Notes: a model not told the origin generated them from the sequence alone. A DNA stretch of 64,000 bases from an uncultured Actinomycetota bacterium (GCA_963832935.1 CAWHWA010000010.1:62242-126241), one strand, 5' to 3'. Positions 11,278 through 24,279 are shown, counted from the first letter of the stretch. Program-made: numbers and translations.

Positions 11278-12453
11278 GCCTGGTTGACGCCGCCGAGTCG
11301 TGGCTGGCCGCCCACTACGACGACCTGGTCGAGTGGCGCAGGCACATCCACCGCTATCCCGAGTTGGGCCGGCAGGAGTACGCCACCACCCAGTTCGTCG
11401 CCGAGCGGTTGGCCGACGCGGGCCTGAACCCCAAGGTGCTGCCCGGCGGTACCGGACTGACCTGCGACTTCGGGCCGGAACACCGGCCGCGGATCGCGCT
11501 GCGGGCCGACATGGACGCGCTGCCGATGGCCGAGCGGACCGGCGCCCCTACGCCTCGACGGTGCCCAACGTCGCGCACGCCTGCGGGCACGACGCGCACA
11601 CCGCGATCCTGCTGGGCACCGCGCTGGCGCTGGCGTCGGTGCCGGAGCTGCCGGTCGGGGTGCGGCTGATCTTCCAGGCCGCCGAGGAGCTGATGCCCGG
11701 CGGCGCGATCGACGCCATCGCCGCCGGAGCGCTGGCCGGGGTGTCGCGGATCTTCGCCCTGCACTGCGACCCACGGCTGGCGGTCGGCAAGGTCGCGGTC
11801 CGGCAAGGCCCGATCACCTCGGCGGCCGACCAGCTGGAGATCACGCTGTATTCGCCGGGCGGGCACACCTCGCGCCCGCACCTGACCGGCGACCTGGTCT
11901 ACGGGCTCGGCACGCTGATCACCGGACTGCCCGGGGTGCTGTCCCGCCGCATCGACCCGCGCAACAGCACGGTGATGGTGTGGGGTGCGGTCAATGCCGG
12001 TGTGGCCGCCAACGCCATCCCGCAGAGCGGCGTGCTGGCCGGCACCATCCGTACCGCCAGCCGCGAGACCTGGGTCGGGCTGGAGGTGCTCGTCCGCGAG
12101 GTCGTGACGGCGCCTGCTGTCGCCGCTGGCGATCGAACACACGCATGCAATACCGGCGCGGGGTGCCGCCGGTGGTCAACGAGGAGATCTCCACCCGCAT
12201 CCTCACCCACGCGATCGAGGCCGTCGGCCCCGACGTGCTTGCTGACACCCGGCAATCCGGCGGTGGCGAGGACTTCTCCTGGTATCTGGAGGAGGTTCCC
12301 GGCGCGATGGCCCGACTGGGCGTGTGGTCGGGTGAGGGGCCGCAGTTGGATCTGCACCAGCCGACGTTCGACCTTGACGAGCGGGCGCTGGCGGTCGGGC
12401 TGCGGGTGATGGTCAACATCATCGAGCAGTCGGCCGCAATCTCGGCGACGTAA
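11274..12453 (+). CDS. amiA1: M20 amidohydrolase AmiA1 (frameshifts ~11545 and ~12120)
   Basis: WRRHIHRYPELG, RADMDAL, HACGHDAH, FQAAEE, GGEDFS, LHQPTF. Confidence 0.8.
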
Positions 12454-12459
12454 GCGCCG

Positions 12460-12939
12460 TTACGCGGTAGTCCCCGGGCCGATGTTGCGGGCCGGCCGGG
12501 TCCGCAGGTCATGGACGTATTCTGCTGGCGCGCCGGCGATTTCGGCGGCATCGGCCATCACGCCCAGGTACCGCGCCGACGGCAGTCCGCCCTCCCAGGC
12601 GTCGACAACATAGAGCCACGCCAGCACCGGATCGGTGGTGGTGTCCGACGAGAGGCGCTCCACCCGGCACCTGATCTTCTTGTGGATTTCGAACTCGGAG
12701 CCCTCCCAGCGGTCCAGGCTCATCTCGTCGGCCGGCGTCATGTCGTAGAGCACGACGAACACCTTGGCGTCGGGATCCTCGACGACGCTGGCCAGTGCTC
12801 CCTCCCAGCCGATGTCTTCGCCGCCGAAGGTCAGCCGCCACCCGTGCAGCCAGCCCGTTCCTGCCATCGGGGAGTGGGGTGCACGCTTCTGCATCTGCTC
12901 CGGATGCATGTTCGACCCGTAGGCGGCGTAGATCGGCAC
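12460..12939 (-). CDS. Gamma-glutamylcyclotransferase-family protein (Rv3304-like)
   Basis: YAAYGSNM N-terminus, LDRWEG, PSARY. Confidence 0.85.
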   Translation of the reverse strand: MPIYAAYGSNMHPEQMQKRAPHSPMAGTGWLHGWRLTFGGEDIGWEGALASVVEDPDAKVFVVLYDMTPADEMSLDRWEGSEFEIHKKIRCRVERLSSDTTTDPVLAWLYVVDAWEGGLPSARYLGVMADAAEIAGAPAEYVHDLRTRPARNIGPGTTA

Positions 12940-13030
12940 GCAGAAAGCTTAAACGGCGGATGGTCACTCGGTATTCATCCGACGGTTCGACGGGGTGCGG
13001 GGGGTGCCGCGGTCCGGATAGGTTAGGGCC

Positions 13031-14448
13031 GTGGTGACCCGCATCGTGATCATCGGTGGAGGCCCGGCCGGTTACGAAGCCGCGCTGGTGGCCGCCACGT
13101 CACACCCCGATACCACCGACGTCACCGTGATCGACTCCGAAGGCATCGGCGGCGCGTGCGTGCTGGACGATTGCGTGCCGTCCAAGACGTTCATCGCCTC
13201 GACCTGGCTGCGCACCGAACTGCGGCGGGCGCCCCGGCTGGGCTTCGACATCGACATCGACGACGCCAAGATCTCGCTTGCCGCAGATCCACAAGCGGGT
13301 CAAGGCGCTGGCCGCCGAGCAGTCCGCCGATATCACCGCCCAGCTGCTCGCCCAGGGTGTGCGTCTGGTCGCCGGGCCGCGGCGAGCTGGTGCGACTCCA
13401 CGCCCGGCATGGCCCAGCACCGCATCAAGGTGACCGCCGCCGACGGCACCGTCACCGAACACGAGGCCGACGTCGTGCTGATCGCCACCGGCGCCAGCCC
13501 GCGGGTGCTGCCGTCAGCCCAGCCCGACGGCGAGCGCATCCTGACCTGGCGGCAGCTCTACGACCTGCGGCGCTGCCCGAGCACCTGATCGTGGTGGGCT
13601 CCGGCGTCACCGGCGCGGAGTTCGTGCACGCCTACACCGAGCTCGGCGTGCCGGTGACCGTGGTGGCCAGCCGGGACCGGGTGCTGCCGCACGAGGACGC
13701 CGACGCCGCGCTGGTCCTGGAAGAGGCGTTCGCCGAACGCGGCGTGAAGCTGTTCAAGAACGCCCGGGCCGAATCGGTGGTCCGCACCGACAACGGCGTC
13801 CTGGTGACGATCACCGACGGCCGCACCGTCGAGGGCAGTCACGCGCTGATGACCATCGGTTCGGTGCCCAACACCGGCGGCCTCGGCCTGGAACGCGTCG
13901 GCATCGAGCTGGGGCGCGGCGACTACCTGAAGGTAGACCGGGTCTCGCGCACCTCGGTGCCCGGAATCTATGCGGCCGGCGACTGCACCGGTCTGCTGCT
14001 GCTGGCGTCGGTCGCGGCCATGCAGGGCCGGATCGCGATGTATCACGCGCTGGGCGAAGGGGTGAGCCCGATCCGGTTGCGCACGGTCGCCGCGACGGTG
14101 TTCACCAGGCCCGAGATCGCCGCCGTCGGGGTGCCGCAGACCATGATCGACGACGGCTCGGTGCCTGCCCGGACGGTCACGCTGCCGTTGCGGACCAACG
14201 CGCGCGCCAAGATGTCGGGGTTGCAGCAGGGCTTCGTCAAGGTCTTCTGCCGGAAGTCCACCGGCGTGGTCATCGGCGGCGTGGTGGTGGCGCCGATCGC
14301 CTCCGAGCTGATCCTGCCGATCGCCGTGGCCGTGCAAAACCGCATCACCGTCAACGAGCTGGCGCAGACGCTGGCCGTCTACCCGTCGTTGTCCGGTTCG
14401 ATCACCGAGGCCGCTCGACGGCTGATGGCACACGACGATCTGGACTGA
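13031..14448 (+). CDS. lpdA: NAD(P)H-quinone flavoprotein reductase LpdA (frameshifted)
   Basis: IIGGGPAG FAD motif, DDCVPSK, GSGVTGAE, AAGDC, VYPSLSGS; split at ~13280-13580. Confidence 0.88.
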
Positions 14449-14546
14449 CCGCGACCCCTCCGGCACCCGACGAACTAGCCTTAGTGGAGCACCACCTACT
14501 GACGAGTAACACGGACATCGAATTCCCCAGTGAGGAGTCCTTCGTC

Positions 14547-16272
14547 GTGAATGATCCGGTTTCCATGCTCGGCCCGCAGCAACGCGCCGCGTTCTGGGAG
14601 CGACTCGGCACCGAGCAGTTCGACGTCGTGGTGATCGGCGGCGGCGTGGTGGGCTCCGGGTGCGCCCTGGATGCCGCCACCCGCGGGCTCAAGGTCGCCC
14701 TGGTCGAGGCGCGCGACTTCGCTTCCGGCACCTCGAGCCGCTCGTCGAAGATGTTCCACGGCGGGCTGCGCTACCTCGAGCAACTGGAGTTCGGGCTGGT
14801 GCGCGAGGCGCTCCATGAGCGCGAGCTGTCGCTGACCACGCTGGCGCCGCATCTGGTCAAGCCGCTGCCGTTCTTGTTCCCGCTGACCCATCGGTGGTGG
14901 GAGCGTCCCTACACCGCGGCGGGCATCTTCCTCTACGACAGCCTCGGCGGTGCGAAATCGGTTCCCGCGCAAAAGCATTTGACGCGCGCCGGCGCGCTGC
15001 GGTTGAGCCCGGGGCTGAAGCGCAGCTCATTGATCGGCGGAATCCGCTACTACGACACCGTTGTCGACGACGCCAGGCACACCATGACGGTCGCGCGCAC
15101 CGCGGCGCATTACGGCGCGGTCGTGCGATGCTCCACCCAGGTGGTCGCGCTGCTGCGCGAGGGCGACCGGGTGATCGGGGTCCGCGTCCGCGACTCCGAA
15201 GACGGCTCGATCACCGAGGTTCGCGGCCACGTCGTGGTCAACGCGACCGGGGTGTGGACCGACGAGATCCAGGCCCTGTCCAAGCAGCGCGGCCGGTTTC
15301 AGGTGCGGGCCTCCAAGGGCGTGCACATGGTGGTGCCGCGGGACCGGATCGTCAGCGACGTCGCGATCATCCTGCGCACCGCAGAAGTCGGTGATGTTCG
15401 TCATCCCGTGGGGCAGCCACTGGATCATCGGAACCACCGATACCGATTGGAATCTCGACCTGGCCCATCCCGCGGCCACCAAGGCCGACATCGACTACAT
15501 CCTGCAGACCGTCAACCGGTACTGGCAACTCCGTTGACCCACGCCGACATCGACGGGGTGTACGCGGGGCTGCGGCCGCTGCTGGCCGGGGAGAGCGAGG
15601 AAACCTCCAAGCTGTCCCGGGAGCACGCCGTCGCGGTGCCCGCGCCCGGTCTGGTCGCCATCGCCGGCGGCAAGTACACCACCTACCGGGTGATGGCCGC
15701 CGACGCGATCGACACGGCGGTGCAGTTCGTCCCGGCCCGGGTTGCGCCGTCGATCACCGAAAAGGTGAGCCTGCTGGGCGCCGTCGGCTACTTCGCCCTG
15801 ATCAACCAGGTCGAACACGTCGGCGAACTGGTGGGCCTGCACCCGTACCGGGTGCGCCACCTGCTGGACCGCTACGGCTCGCTGATAGACGAGGTGCTGG
15901 CGCTGGCGGCCGATCGTCCGCGACCTGCTGAGCCCGATCAAGGAGGCGCCGGGCTACTTGAAGGTGGAGGCCGTGTACGCCGCTGCCGCCGAAGGTGCCC
16001 TGCATCTCGAGGACATCCTGGCCCGCCGGATGCGGATCTCCATCGAATACCCGCACCGCGGCGTCGACTGCGCGCGGGAGGTCGCCGAGCTGGTCGCTCC
16101 CGTGCTGGGGTGGAGCGCCGGGGACGTCAATCGTGAGGTCGCCAACTACACCGCACGGGTAGAGGCCGAGATCCTGTCACAGGCCCAGCCCGACGACGTG
16201 TCGGCAGACGAGTTGCGGGCCAGCGCGCCCGAGGCGCGCGCCGAGATCCTCGAGCCGGTTCCCCTCAATTGA
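14547..16272 (+). CDS. glpD2: FAD-dependent glycerol-3-phosphate dehydrogenase (frameshifted)
   Basis: VIGGGVVG, GTSSRSSKMFHGGLRYLE, AGGKYTTYR. GAGGAG RBS before GTG 14547. Confidence 0.9.
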
Positions 16273-16294
16273 TTCTTTCGATCTCTGTGGATCC

Positions 16295-17161
16295 TTGGTG
16301 AGGCCCGCGCCGCTTCCGGTGCGCGACGGTTTGGGGCCCGCGCGGGTACGGCTGCACGGCGGGACGGTGCTGGCCGAGCTGACCGAGCGGTTTGGCGAGC
16401 CGGCCCGCGCGAAGGTTCTGGCCGGAGAGGTCGTCGACGCCGACGGTGTGGTGATCGACGAGGCCACCGTGCTGGCCCCCGGGGCGAGTGTTTACCTGTA
16501 CCGGGACCTGCCCGATGAGGTTGCGGTGCCGTTCGACCTCCCGGTGCTCCATCGCGACGACGACATCGTGGTCGTGGACAAGCCGCACTTTCTGGCCACC
16601 ATGCCCAGGGGCAGTCACGTCGCGCAGACCGCGCTGGTGCGGCTGCGTAAGGAACTGGGCTTGCCCGAGCTGAGCCCCGCCCACCGGCTCGACCGGCTGA
16701 CCGCCGGGGTGCTGCTGTTCACCACCCGGCGCGAGGTGCGGGGCGCGTATCAGATGCTGTTCGCCCGCGGCCTGGTGGGCAAGACGTATCTGGCCCGCGC
16801 GGCGGTCGATCCGGCCCTGGTGCTGCCGCGGGTGGTGAAAAACCGGATCGTCAAACGCCGTGGCCACCTGCAGGCGGTCATCGAGCCGGGCGTGCCCAAT
16901 GCCGAGACGCTGGTGGAGCTTTTATCTCCCGATGGCCGGTACCGGCTGACGCCGCGCACCGGGCGCACTCACCAGTTGCGCGTGCACATGGCGTCGCTGG
17001 GGTTGCCGATCGTCGGTGATCCGTTGTACCCCAAGGTGATTGATGTGCCCGCCGATGACTTCAGTACTCCGTTGGGATTGCTGGCACAGCGCATCGAGTT
17101 CGACGATCCGTTCACCGGATCGCGCCGCGAGTTCGTCAGTCGCCGAGAAATAGCGGGCTGA
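16295..17161 (+). CDS. RluA-family RNA pseudouridine synthase (Rv3300c-like)
   Basis: DKPHFL, HRLDRLTAG, TGRTHQLR, GDPLY. Confidence 0.9.
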   Translation: MVRPAPLPVRDGLGPARVRLHGGTVLAELTERFGEPARAKVLAGEVVDADGVVIDEATVLAPGASVYLYRDLPDEVAVPFDLPVLHRDDDIVVVDKPHFLATMPRGSHVAQTALVRLRKELGLPELSPAHRLDRLTAGVLLFTTRREVRGAYQMLFARGLVGKTYLARAAVDPALVLPRVVKNRIVKRRGHLQAVIEPGVPNAETLVELLSPDGRYRLTPRTGRTHQLRVHMASLGLPIVGDPLYPKVIDVPADDFSTPLGLLAQRIEFDDPFTGSRREFVSRREIAG

Positions 17162-17164
17162 TCC

Positions 17165-17365
17165 TCAATCGCCGGGCAGTTGGCGGGTTTCGGCGTCCAG
17201 AATTCCCTGATTGATGCGATCCGCGACCAGTGGACTGGCTAACGGGGGCGGTGCCCCGCAGGTACAGGTCAATTGGTTGAACGCAATGTCGGCGCTGGCC
17301 GGCGCTGCCAACCCAACGGTCGCACCGAGAACGACTGCCGCGCCGATTATTAGCTTCGTGATCAT
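17165..17365 (-). CDS. Small secreted protein with CxC motif
   Basis: GGAGG RBS, signal peptide ending APASA-D, then LTCTC and DRINQGI. Confidence 0.65.
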   Translation of the reverse strand: MITKLIIGAAVVLGATVGLAAPASADIAFNQLTCTCGAPPPLASPLVADRINQGILDAETRQLPGD

Positions 17366-17445
17366 TTCCAAGCCTCCATTTGTTTACCTGGCGTTAAACT
17401 TTACACTCAGGCGGAGGCTAAAGGTTGACGGCTCGCCCGTCGTCG

Positions 17446-17802
17446 TTAGGACGGGGGCGGCGGTGGGGGTGGGGGTGCCGGCTGCGCCGGTGGCAGGTAC
17501 TTCGGGCAGTAGGCGCGGATTGCCGCGCCGACGAAGTAGCCGGCGTCGTAGTCGGGCAAGCTACTGCTGTTCATCACGTCGACAACGACCTCGTTGGGCG
17601 TCATGCCTTCGCCGAGGTACTGGCAGACCTTCCGAGCTGCACCGATCGCGGCTGGGACTGAGTCGTGGGTGATGCCGTCGGATATCAGGAGTTGTACGAA
17701 TTTGTCGTCGCTAGCATCGGCGTGAGCGGCAGGGGCTAAGCCTGCTCCGAGCACACCGAGCGACGCGGCCATCGCAACTACAAGCCGGGTACCCGACGGC
17801 AT
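17446..17802 (-). CDS. Secreted DUF732-family protein with poly-Pro tail
   Basis: APAAHA-D signal cleavage, DDKFVQLL, VCQYL, FVGAAIRAYCP. Start uncertain. Confidence 0.8.
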   Translation of the reverse strand: MPSGTRLVVAMAASLGVLGAGLAPAAHADASDDKFVQLLISDGITHDSVPAAIGAARKVCQYLGEGMTPNEVVVDVMNSSSLPDYDAGYFVGAAIRAYCPKYLPPAQPAPPPPPPPPS

Positions 17803-17974
17803 GTGTAGGGGGCCGGGCTTGCCAATTTTCACGCTCCTCATCATCTCCCATATCGCGATCGTTGCCAACGCGAACGAGTCTGAAGAGCGGGTGAACATGT
17901 CCGTTTTCAGCGCGGGTAAGGGTATGGGGCGCCCGTCCTGATCGCTCCGCAAGCGCGGTCGGTAATTTGACCCC

Positions 17975-18892
17975 ATGCCGTACGAACGATGGTTATCGCT
18001 GGCGCTGCTGGCGGTCTGCCTTGTCGGCTGCGGCGTGCGGCAAGTATCGGCGGCCGCCGCTCGCGATCTGTCCGGGACATTCCGATCCGGCGGCATGGAC
18101 CGGACCTACCTAATGCACGTGCCGCCGGGTGATCCCGTCGGTTTGGTGCTCAGCCTGCACGGCGGCGGCGGCAGCGGAAAGGGTCAGCGGGGTCTGACCG
18201 ACTTCGATGCCGTCGCCGACGCCCACAATCTTCTGGTCGTCTACCCCGACGGTTACGACAAGAGCTGGGCCGACGGACGGGGGGCGTCGCCCGCAGATCG
18301 CCGTCACATTGACGACGTCGGGTTCCTGGTTGGGCTGGCCGGCAAGCTGCGCAACGACTACAACATCGCCCCCGGCCACGTCTACGCCACCGGAATGTCC
18401 AACGGCGGCTTCATGTCCAACAGGCTGGCTTGTGATCGCGCTGATGTTTTCTCCGCGATCGCGCCCGTGGCGGGCACGCTGGGCGTGGGTGTGGCATGCA
18501 ATCCGTCACAGCCGGTTTCGGTGTGGGAGGCGCACGGGACCGCCGATCCCCTGGTGCATTTCAATGGTGGGGACGTACGCGGTCGCGGCGGGCTGAGCCA
18601 CTCCATCTCGGCCAAAAGCATGGTGGACAAGTGGCGCTCGGTCGACGGATGCGAAGGCGATCCGGTGGCAGAGATATTGCCCAACGTCGGGGACGGCACC
18701 GTCGTGCACCGTTATGACTCAACGGCGTGTGCGGCGTCCACCGAGGTGGTCTTCTATCAGATCGACAACGGCGGGCACACCTGGCCGGGCGGCAAGCAGT
18801 ATCTGCCCAAGGCGGTTATCGGAGCGACCACGCGCGCGCTGGACGGATCGGAAGCGATTGCGCAGTTTTTCCTGGCGCACGCCCGCGATTGA
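17975..18892 (+). CDS. lpqC: Lipoprotein esterase, PHB-depolymerase family
   Basis: Lipobox LVGC, LHGGGG, GMSNGG nucleophile, HGTAD, GGHTWPG. Confidence 0.85.
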   Translation: MPYERWLSLALLAVCLVGCGVRQVSAAAARDLSGTFRSGGMDRTYLMHVPPGDPVGLVLSLHGGGGSGKGQRGLTDFDAVADAHNLLVVYPDGYDKSWADGRGASPADRRHIDDVGFLVGLAGKLRNDYNIAPGHVYATGMSNGGFMSNRLACDRADVFSAIAPVAGTLGVGVACNPSQPVSVWEAHGTADPLVHFNGGDVRGRGGLSHSISAKSMVDKWRSVDGCEGDPVAEILPNVGDGTVVHRYDSTACAASTEVVFYQIDNGGHTWPGGKQYLPKAVIGATTRALDGSEAIAQFFLAHARD

Positions 18893-18908
18893 CTGGGGCC
18901 GAACGGAT

Positions 18909-19665
18909 TCAGCGCTGACAGGACGGGCACCAATAGGCCACCCGCTCACCGGTGTCGTCGACGTTGATGCATGTCCCGCAGCGACGGCAATTTTGCCCGG
19001 CACGACCGTAGACCCACAGCTGCCGGCCGGCGCGGGTGTCACCGGTGGTACAGCGGTTCCAACGAAAGCGATTGGCCCACAGCATGTCCCGGGCTCGGGA
19101 GACCAAACGACGCGGGTCGGCGATCGCGCTGACCGGCGCGGTGGGCAGATGTCCGCTGACGAAACACAGCTCGTTGCAGTAGACATTCCCCACCCCGGCC
19201 AGCACACGTTGGTCCAGCAGCGCCTCGGCAATCGGCCGGTCCGGGTGTGCGGCCAGATTGGCTGCCGGCAATCTGGGCATCCCAGTCCGGGCCCAGCAGA
19301 TCGGGCCCCAAGTGCGCGACCACCTCGCCGTCGTGGTCGCGATCGAGGATCTCGAGCACTCCGAGGTCCACGCCGACGGCGCGAACGTCGTTGGCTTCCA
19401 GCACGATGCGGGCCCGGTGATCCACCCGTACCGGGCGGTTGCCGACGCGCCAGCTGCCCTCCATCTTCAAATGCGAGTGAATGCTGGCCCGCCCCACCCG
19501 GATGAACAGGTGCTTGCCCCGGCTGAGCACTTCGTCCACCACGTTGCCGGTGAGGTCGACGGTGGCGAATTGCGGTACCCGGACGTCGCAGCGGGTCAGC
19601 GTCTGCCCGGCCAGGTGCTCCCGCAGCGTCGCTGCGGTGTGCCAGACCGTGTCACCCTCGGGCAT
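18909..19665 (-). CDS. nei: Endonuclease VIII DNA glycosylase (frameshift ~19270)
   Basis: MPEGD N-terminus, [24 protein letters not shown]4 zinc finger CRRC..CPSCQ. Confidence 0.9.
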
Positions 19666-19680
19666 GGTTCTCTAGCAAAG

Positions 19681-22600
19681 TCAGCGCAGCCGCATTCCGC
19701 GGGGGGTGCGGGCGAAGCCGGCCTCCGACAGTGCCGCGGCGACGGGACTCGGCCCGCCGGCGAGCGGCTGCAGGACCGGCACCGAGTTGATGCGTTCGAC
19801 GAGTATCGACTCGACCCGGCGGGCGGTGACCAGTTCGGCCAGCGCCAGGGCCGCCGCGTGGTCGGCGCCGGGATCGTCGGTGAATGTCAGCAATGATCGT
19901 CCGCCGCGCTCGAGGAACCAGGACAGTTCGCCGTCGACCAGTACCACGAGCGCGCCGGCCTTGCGGCCGGGGCGTGCCCCGGGAGCGTCGCCCGCGCCCA
20001 TTGCGGCGGGCCAGGGCAATGCGGCGCCGTACGGGTTCGCCGGGTCGGCAGCGGCCAGTACGACGGCCCGGTATTCCGGTCGCTCCGGGTCGACACCGTC
20101 GAGGTAACTGCGCAGCCGGTCGACGGTCGAGGCGACGGCGAATTGGGCGCCGCCCAGCGACTCGACGAAGTACCCACGCTGACACCTGCCGGCGTCTTCG
20201 AATGTGCTCAGAACCTTGTAGAGGGTGGCGAACCCGCCTGGCACACTTTCGGCCGCCACCGCGCCTCTGGTCAGCACGCCGTGGCGGCTCAACAGCAGCT
20301 CGGCTTGGTAGTGGGCGCGCAGTGTGGAATCGGGCTCTGGAGCCGGCAGCGCCGACCAGCGGCCGGCCACGGTGGGGTCGGTGGTACGAGCGTGCGGATG
20401 CGCGACGCTGTACCGGCTCAGCCGGGGCGGCCGGCGGGTGCGGTGCGCGGGGGCCGAGCGCTTGCGGGCCCCGGTGCCGGTGAGCAGTGCGCGCACCGGG
20501 GCGAAGGTGTCGCCGGTGATCCGGCCGGCCCAGATCAGCTCCCACAGGGCATCTTTGAGCGTCGTTTCGCCGATCCCGTCCTGGGCGAGTTGGCGAAAGA
20601 AGTACGCGCCGCCTCCGCCCAGCGCGTCCAGGATCGCGCGGTGGGTATCGGTGAAGTCGATCTCGTCAGGCGCGGCCAAGGTCAGCGGAGCGGAATCGCT
20701 GGCGTGCAGCGCGATCCACCCATCACTACCCGAGATCGACCCGGCGCCCGACCAGGTGACCTCCCCGGCCGCCAGCAGCTCGTCGAGCATCGCCGGCGAA
20801 TAGTCGCGGACCCGCGGTGCCAGCACCAGCGGCTCCAGCGCCGACGCCGGTATCCGAACGCCGGCCAGCTGATCGATGACCGCCATCAGCCCGTCCAGGC
20901 CGCTTGCGGTACCCAGGTGATGCCAGGCGGGCAGGAACCGCCCGTACGCGGCGGTGCTGACCGGCTCGACCTGGGCGCGCAGCGCCGCCAGCGAACGCCG
21001 CCGCAGAATCCGCAACACGTCGGCGTCACACCACTGCTCGCCTCCGACGCCGCCGGACCCGCCGGAGGCGGCTTCGGGAGCGACGAAGTCGCCGCGCACC
21101 AGCCGGCCATCGCTGGCCATCCGGCTCAGCACGTCGGCCGTCACCCGCAGCCCCAGCCCGAAGCGAGCCGCGGCCTCGGCCGTGGTGAACGGGGTGCGGG
21201 TACGGGCGTAGCGGCCGAGCAGCTCTCCCAGCGGGTCGGTTACCTGCTCGGTGAACGTGGCCGGGACGCCCGGCGGTACGGCCGCGCCGACCCCGTCGCG
21301 CAGCCGGCCGATGTCCTCGATGGCCACCCACCAGCTGCGGTCCGCGAACGACACCGTCAGCGCGCGCCGGGCGGCGCGCAACCCCTCCAGCCAGCCGCCG
21401 ACGTCGGCGGCCTCGGCTCGCGCGGCGACCTCGTCTTCGGTCAGCGGGCCGAGCAGCCGCAGCAGATCGGCGACCGCCTCGGCATCGCGGGCGGCCCGGT
21501 CGGCGGACAGATGCTGCAACTGGCGTCCGGTCGCGGCGATGACGTCCGTATCGAGCAGCTCGCGCAGCTCGACCCGGCCGAGCAGCTCGGCCAGCAGCGT
21601 GCTGTCCAGCGACAGGGCCGCCGCGCGGCGCTCGGCAAGCGGGGAGTCGCCCTCGTACATGAACGCGCCGACGTAGCCGAACAACAGCGACGCCGCGAAC
21701 GGTGAGGGCTTCGCGGTTTCGACCTCGAGCACCCGGATCCGGCGCGCAGCGATGCCGGTCATCAAATCGACCAGCGCCGGGACGTCGTAAACGTCCTGCA
21801 GACATTCCCGGACGGTCTCCAGCACGATCGGAAAGTCGGGGTATTTGCGGGCCACTTCCAGCAATTGGGCCGCGCGCTGACGCTGGTGCCACAGCGGCGA
21901 GCGGCGGCCGGGGTGGCGGCGGGGCAGCAGCAGCGCACGCGCCGCGCATTCCCGGAACCGGGACGCGAACAGCGCCGAGCCACCCACTTCGGCGGTGACG
22001 ATGGGGTCGATCTCGTCGGCGTCGAAGACGAAAAGCTCGGCGCCGGCGGGGGTTTCCTCGAGGGTGTCGGGCAGATGCACCACGATGCCGTCGTCGGAGG
22101 CGGTCGGCTTTTCGTCGATGCCGTAGCGTTCGGCCAGCCGCCGGCCCACCGCCAGCGCGAGCGGTCCATGCACCCGAAGCCCGTACGGCGAGTGCAGGAT
22201 CACCCGCCAGTCGCCCAGCTCGTCGCGGAATCGCTCGACCAGCAAAGTGGTATCGGTGGGTACCGTCCCGGTGGCGGTCCGTTGGTCGTCGAGCAGCACC
22301 CACAGGTTGTCGGTTGCATAGTCATTGAAACCCAATGCAGCACAACGTGTTCCGAATGTATCGCGGTCCAGTCCGGCCACTTCGCCGGTGAATGCGCCCA
22401 GCGCGGCGCCGAGCTCGGCGGGGCGACCCACGCCGTCGCCGCGCCAGAACGGCAGTCGGGCCGGCAGGCCCGGGGCGGGAATCACCAGCACCCGGTCGTG
22501 GGTGATCTCGGTGATCCGCCAGCTGGTGGCCCCCAGCGAGATGACATCGCCGGGGCGTGACTCGTAGACCATTTCCTCGTCGAGTTCGCCTACTCGCGAG

Positions 22601-24245
22601 GGCTTTTCGGCTTCAGTGAAGCCAGATAGACGGTGAACATCCCACGATCGGGAATCGCGCCGCCGGAGGTGACGGCCAGCCGCTGCGCACCGGGCCGGGC
22701 GGTCAGCGTGCCGGTGTCGCGGTCGTAGACCAGCCGCGGTCGCAGCTCGGCGAATTCGGTCGACGGATACTTACCGGCCAGCAGGTCCAGGGTGGCCTCG
22801 AACACGCTGCGCGGCAGGGTCGCGAACGGCGCGCTGCGGCGCACCGTGTCGAACCACCGGTCGGCGTCCAGCGGCTCCAGCGCGGCCGCCGCGACGGTCT
22901 GTTGCGCGAGGATGTCGAGCGGGTTGGCGGGCACCCGCATCGTCTCGATCTGCCCGGCCAGCATCCGTTGCACGCTGACCGCGCAGCTGATCAGGTCGGT
23001 CCGGTGCTTGGGGAACAGCACGCCGCGGGAGACCTCACCGACCTGATGGCCGGCCCGGCCGATGCGTTGCAGGCCGCTGGCCACCGAGGGCGGTGCCTCC
23101 ACCTGGATCACCAGGTCGACGGCCCCCATGTCGATACCCAGTTCCAGACTCGAGGTGGCCACCACCGCCTTGAGCAGTCCGCGTTTGAGGTCCTCCTCGA
23201 CCAGGGCGCGTTGCTCCTTGCTGACCGAACCGTGGTGGGCGCGGGCCAGTACGGTGTCCGCCCCGTAGGTCTGCCCGCTGCCCATGATGTGCGCCGGCGC
23301 CCCGCCGGGTACCCGCCGATTGGACTCGGTCGAGAGTTCGACACCGCGACGATCGGCGTGAATTTCGTTGAGCCGTGCGGTAAGTCGCTCGGCCAGCCGT
23401 CGCGAATTGGCGAACACGATGGTCGAGCTGTGTGCTTCGATCAGGTCGACCAGGCGAGCCTCGACGTCGGGCCAGATGGTGGGGGGCCCCTGGGTGTCCG
23501 TCAGGTTGGCCATGTCGGGCACCGGCACCTGCACGGTGAGCTGGAAGGACTTGGCCGACGGGGGAGCCACGATCGTGGTCGGGGCGTGTCCGGACAGGAA
23601 CCGCGCGAGCTCCTCGGGTGGACGCACCGTCGCCGACAATCCGATGCGCTGGGCGGGCCGCCCATCCCGGAGGTCGAGTCGAGCCGTTCCAGCGACACCG
23701 CCAGGTGTGCGCCGCGCTTGCCGGCTGCGATGGCGTGAACCTCGTCGACGATCACGGTCTGGACGCCGGCCAGGGTTTCGCGCGCGGCCGAGGTCAGCAT
23801 CAAGAACAGCGACTCGGGGGTGGTGATCAGCACGTCGGGTGGGGAGGTGATGAGTTGGCGTCGGCGCGCGGGCGGGGTGTCGCCCGAGCGGACCCCGACA
23901 CTGATGTCGGGGGCGCGGAAGACCATGCCGCTCGGCGATTCGGGTGAGCCCCGCCAACGGGGTGCGCAGGTTGCGCTCCACGTCGACGGCCAGCGCCTTG
24001 AGCGGGGACACATAGAGCACGCGGGTGCCGGCCGGCCTTTCGGCCGAGCCGGCAAGACTATCCAGGGCCCATAGGAACGCGGCCAGCGTCTTCCCGGATC
24101 CGGTCGGCGCGATCACCAGCGTGTTGTTGCCATCGGCGATGGCGTCCCAGGCGGCGGCCTGCGCGCTGGTCGGCGCGGGGAAGGTGCTGTCGAACCACTC
24201 GCGCGTGATCGCGCTGAACCGGCCTAGCGGGTCACGGGTGCTCAC
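19681..24245 (-). CDS. lhr: Lhr ATP-dependent helicase (frameshifted)
   Basis: APTGSGKT, DEVH, TSSLELGID, QRIGRAGH; long C-terminal domain. Indels ~23930, ~23680, ~22600. Confidence 0.9.
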
Positions 24246-24279
24246 CTAGCCATGGTGCCAACAGCCACCGACAAAACGT

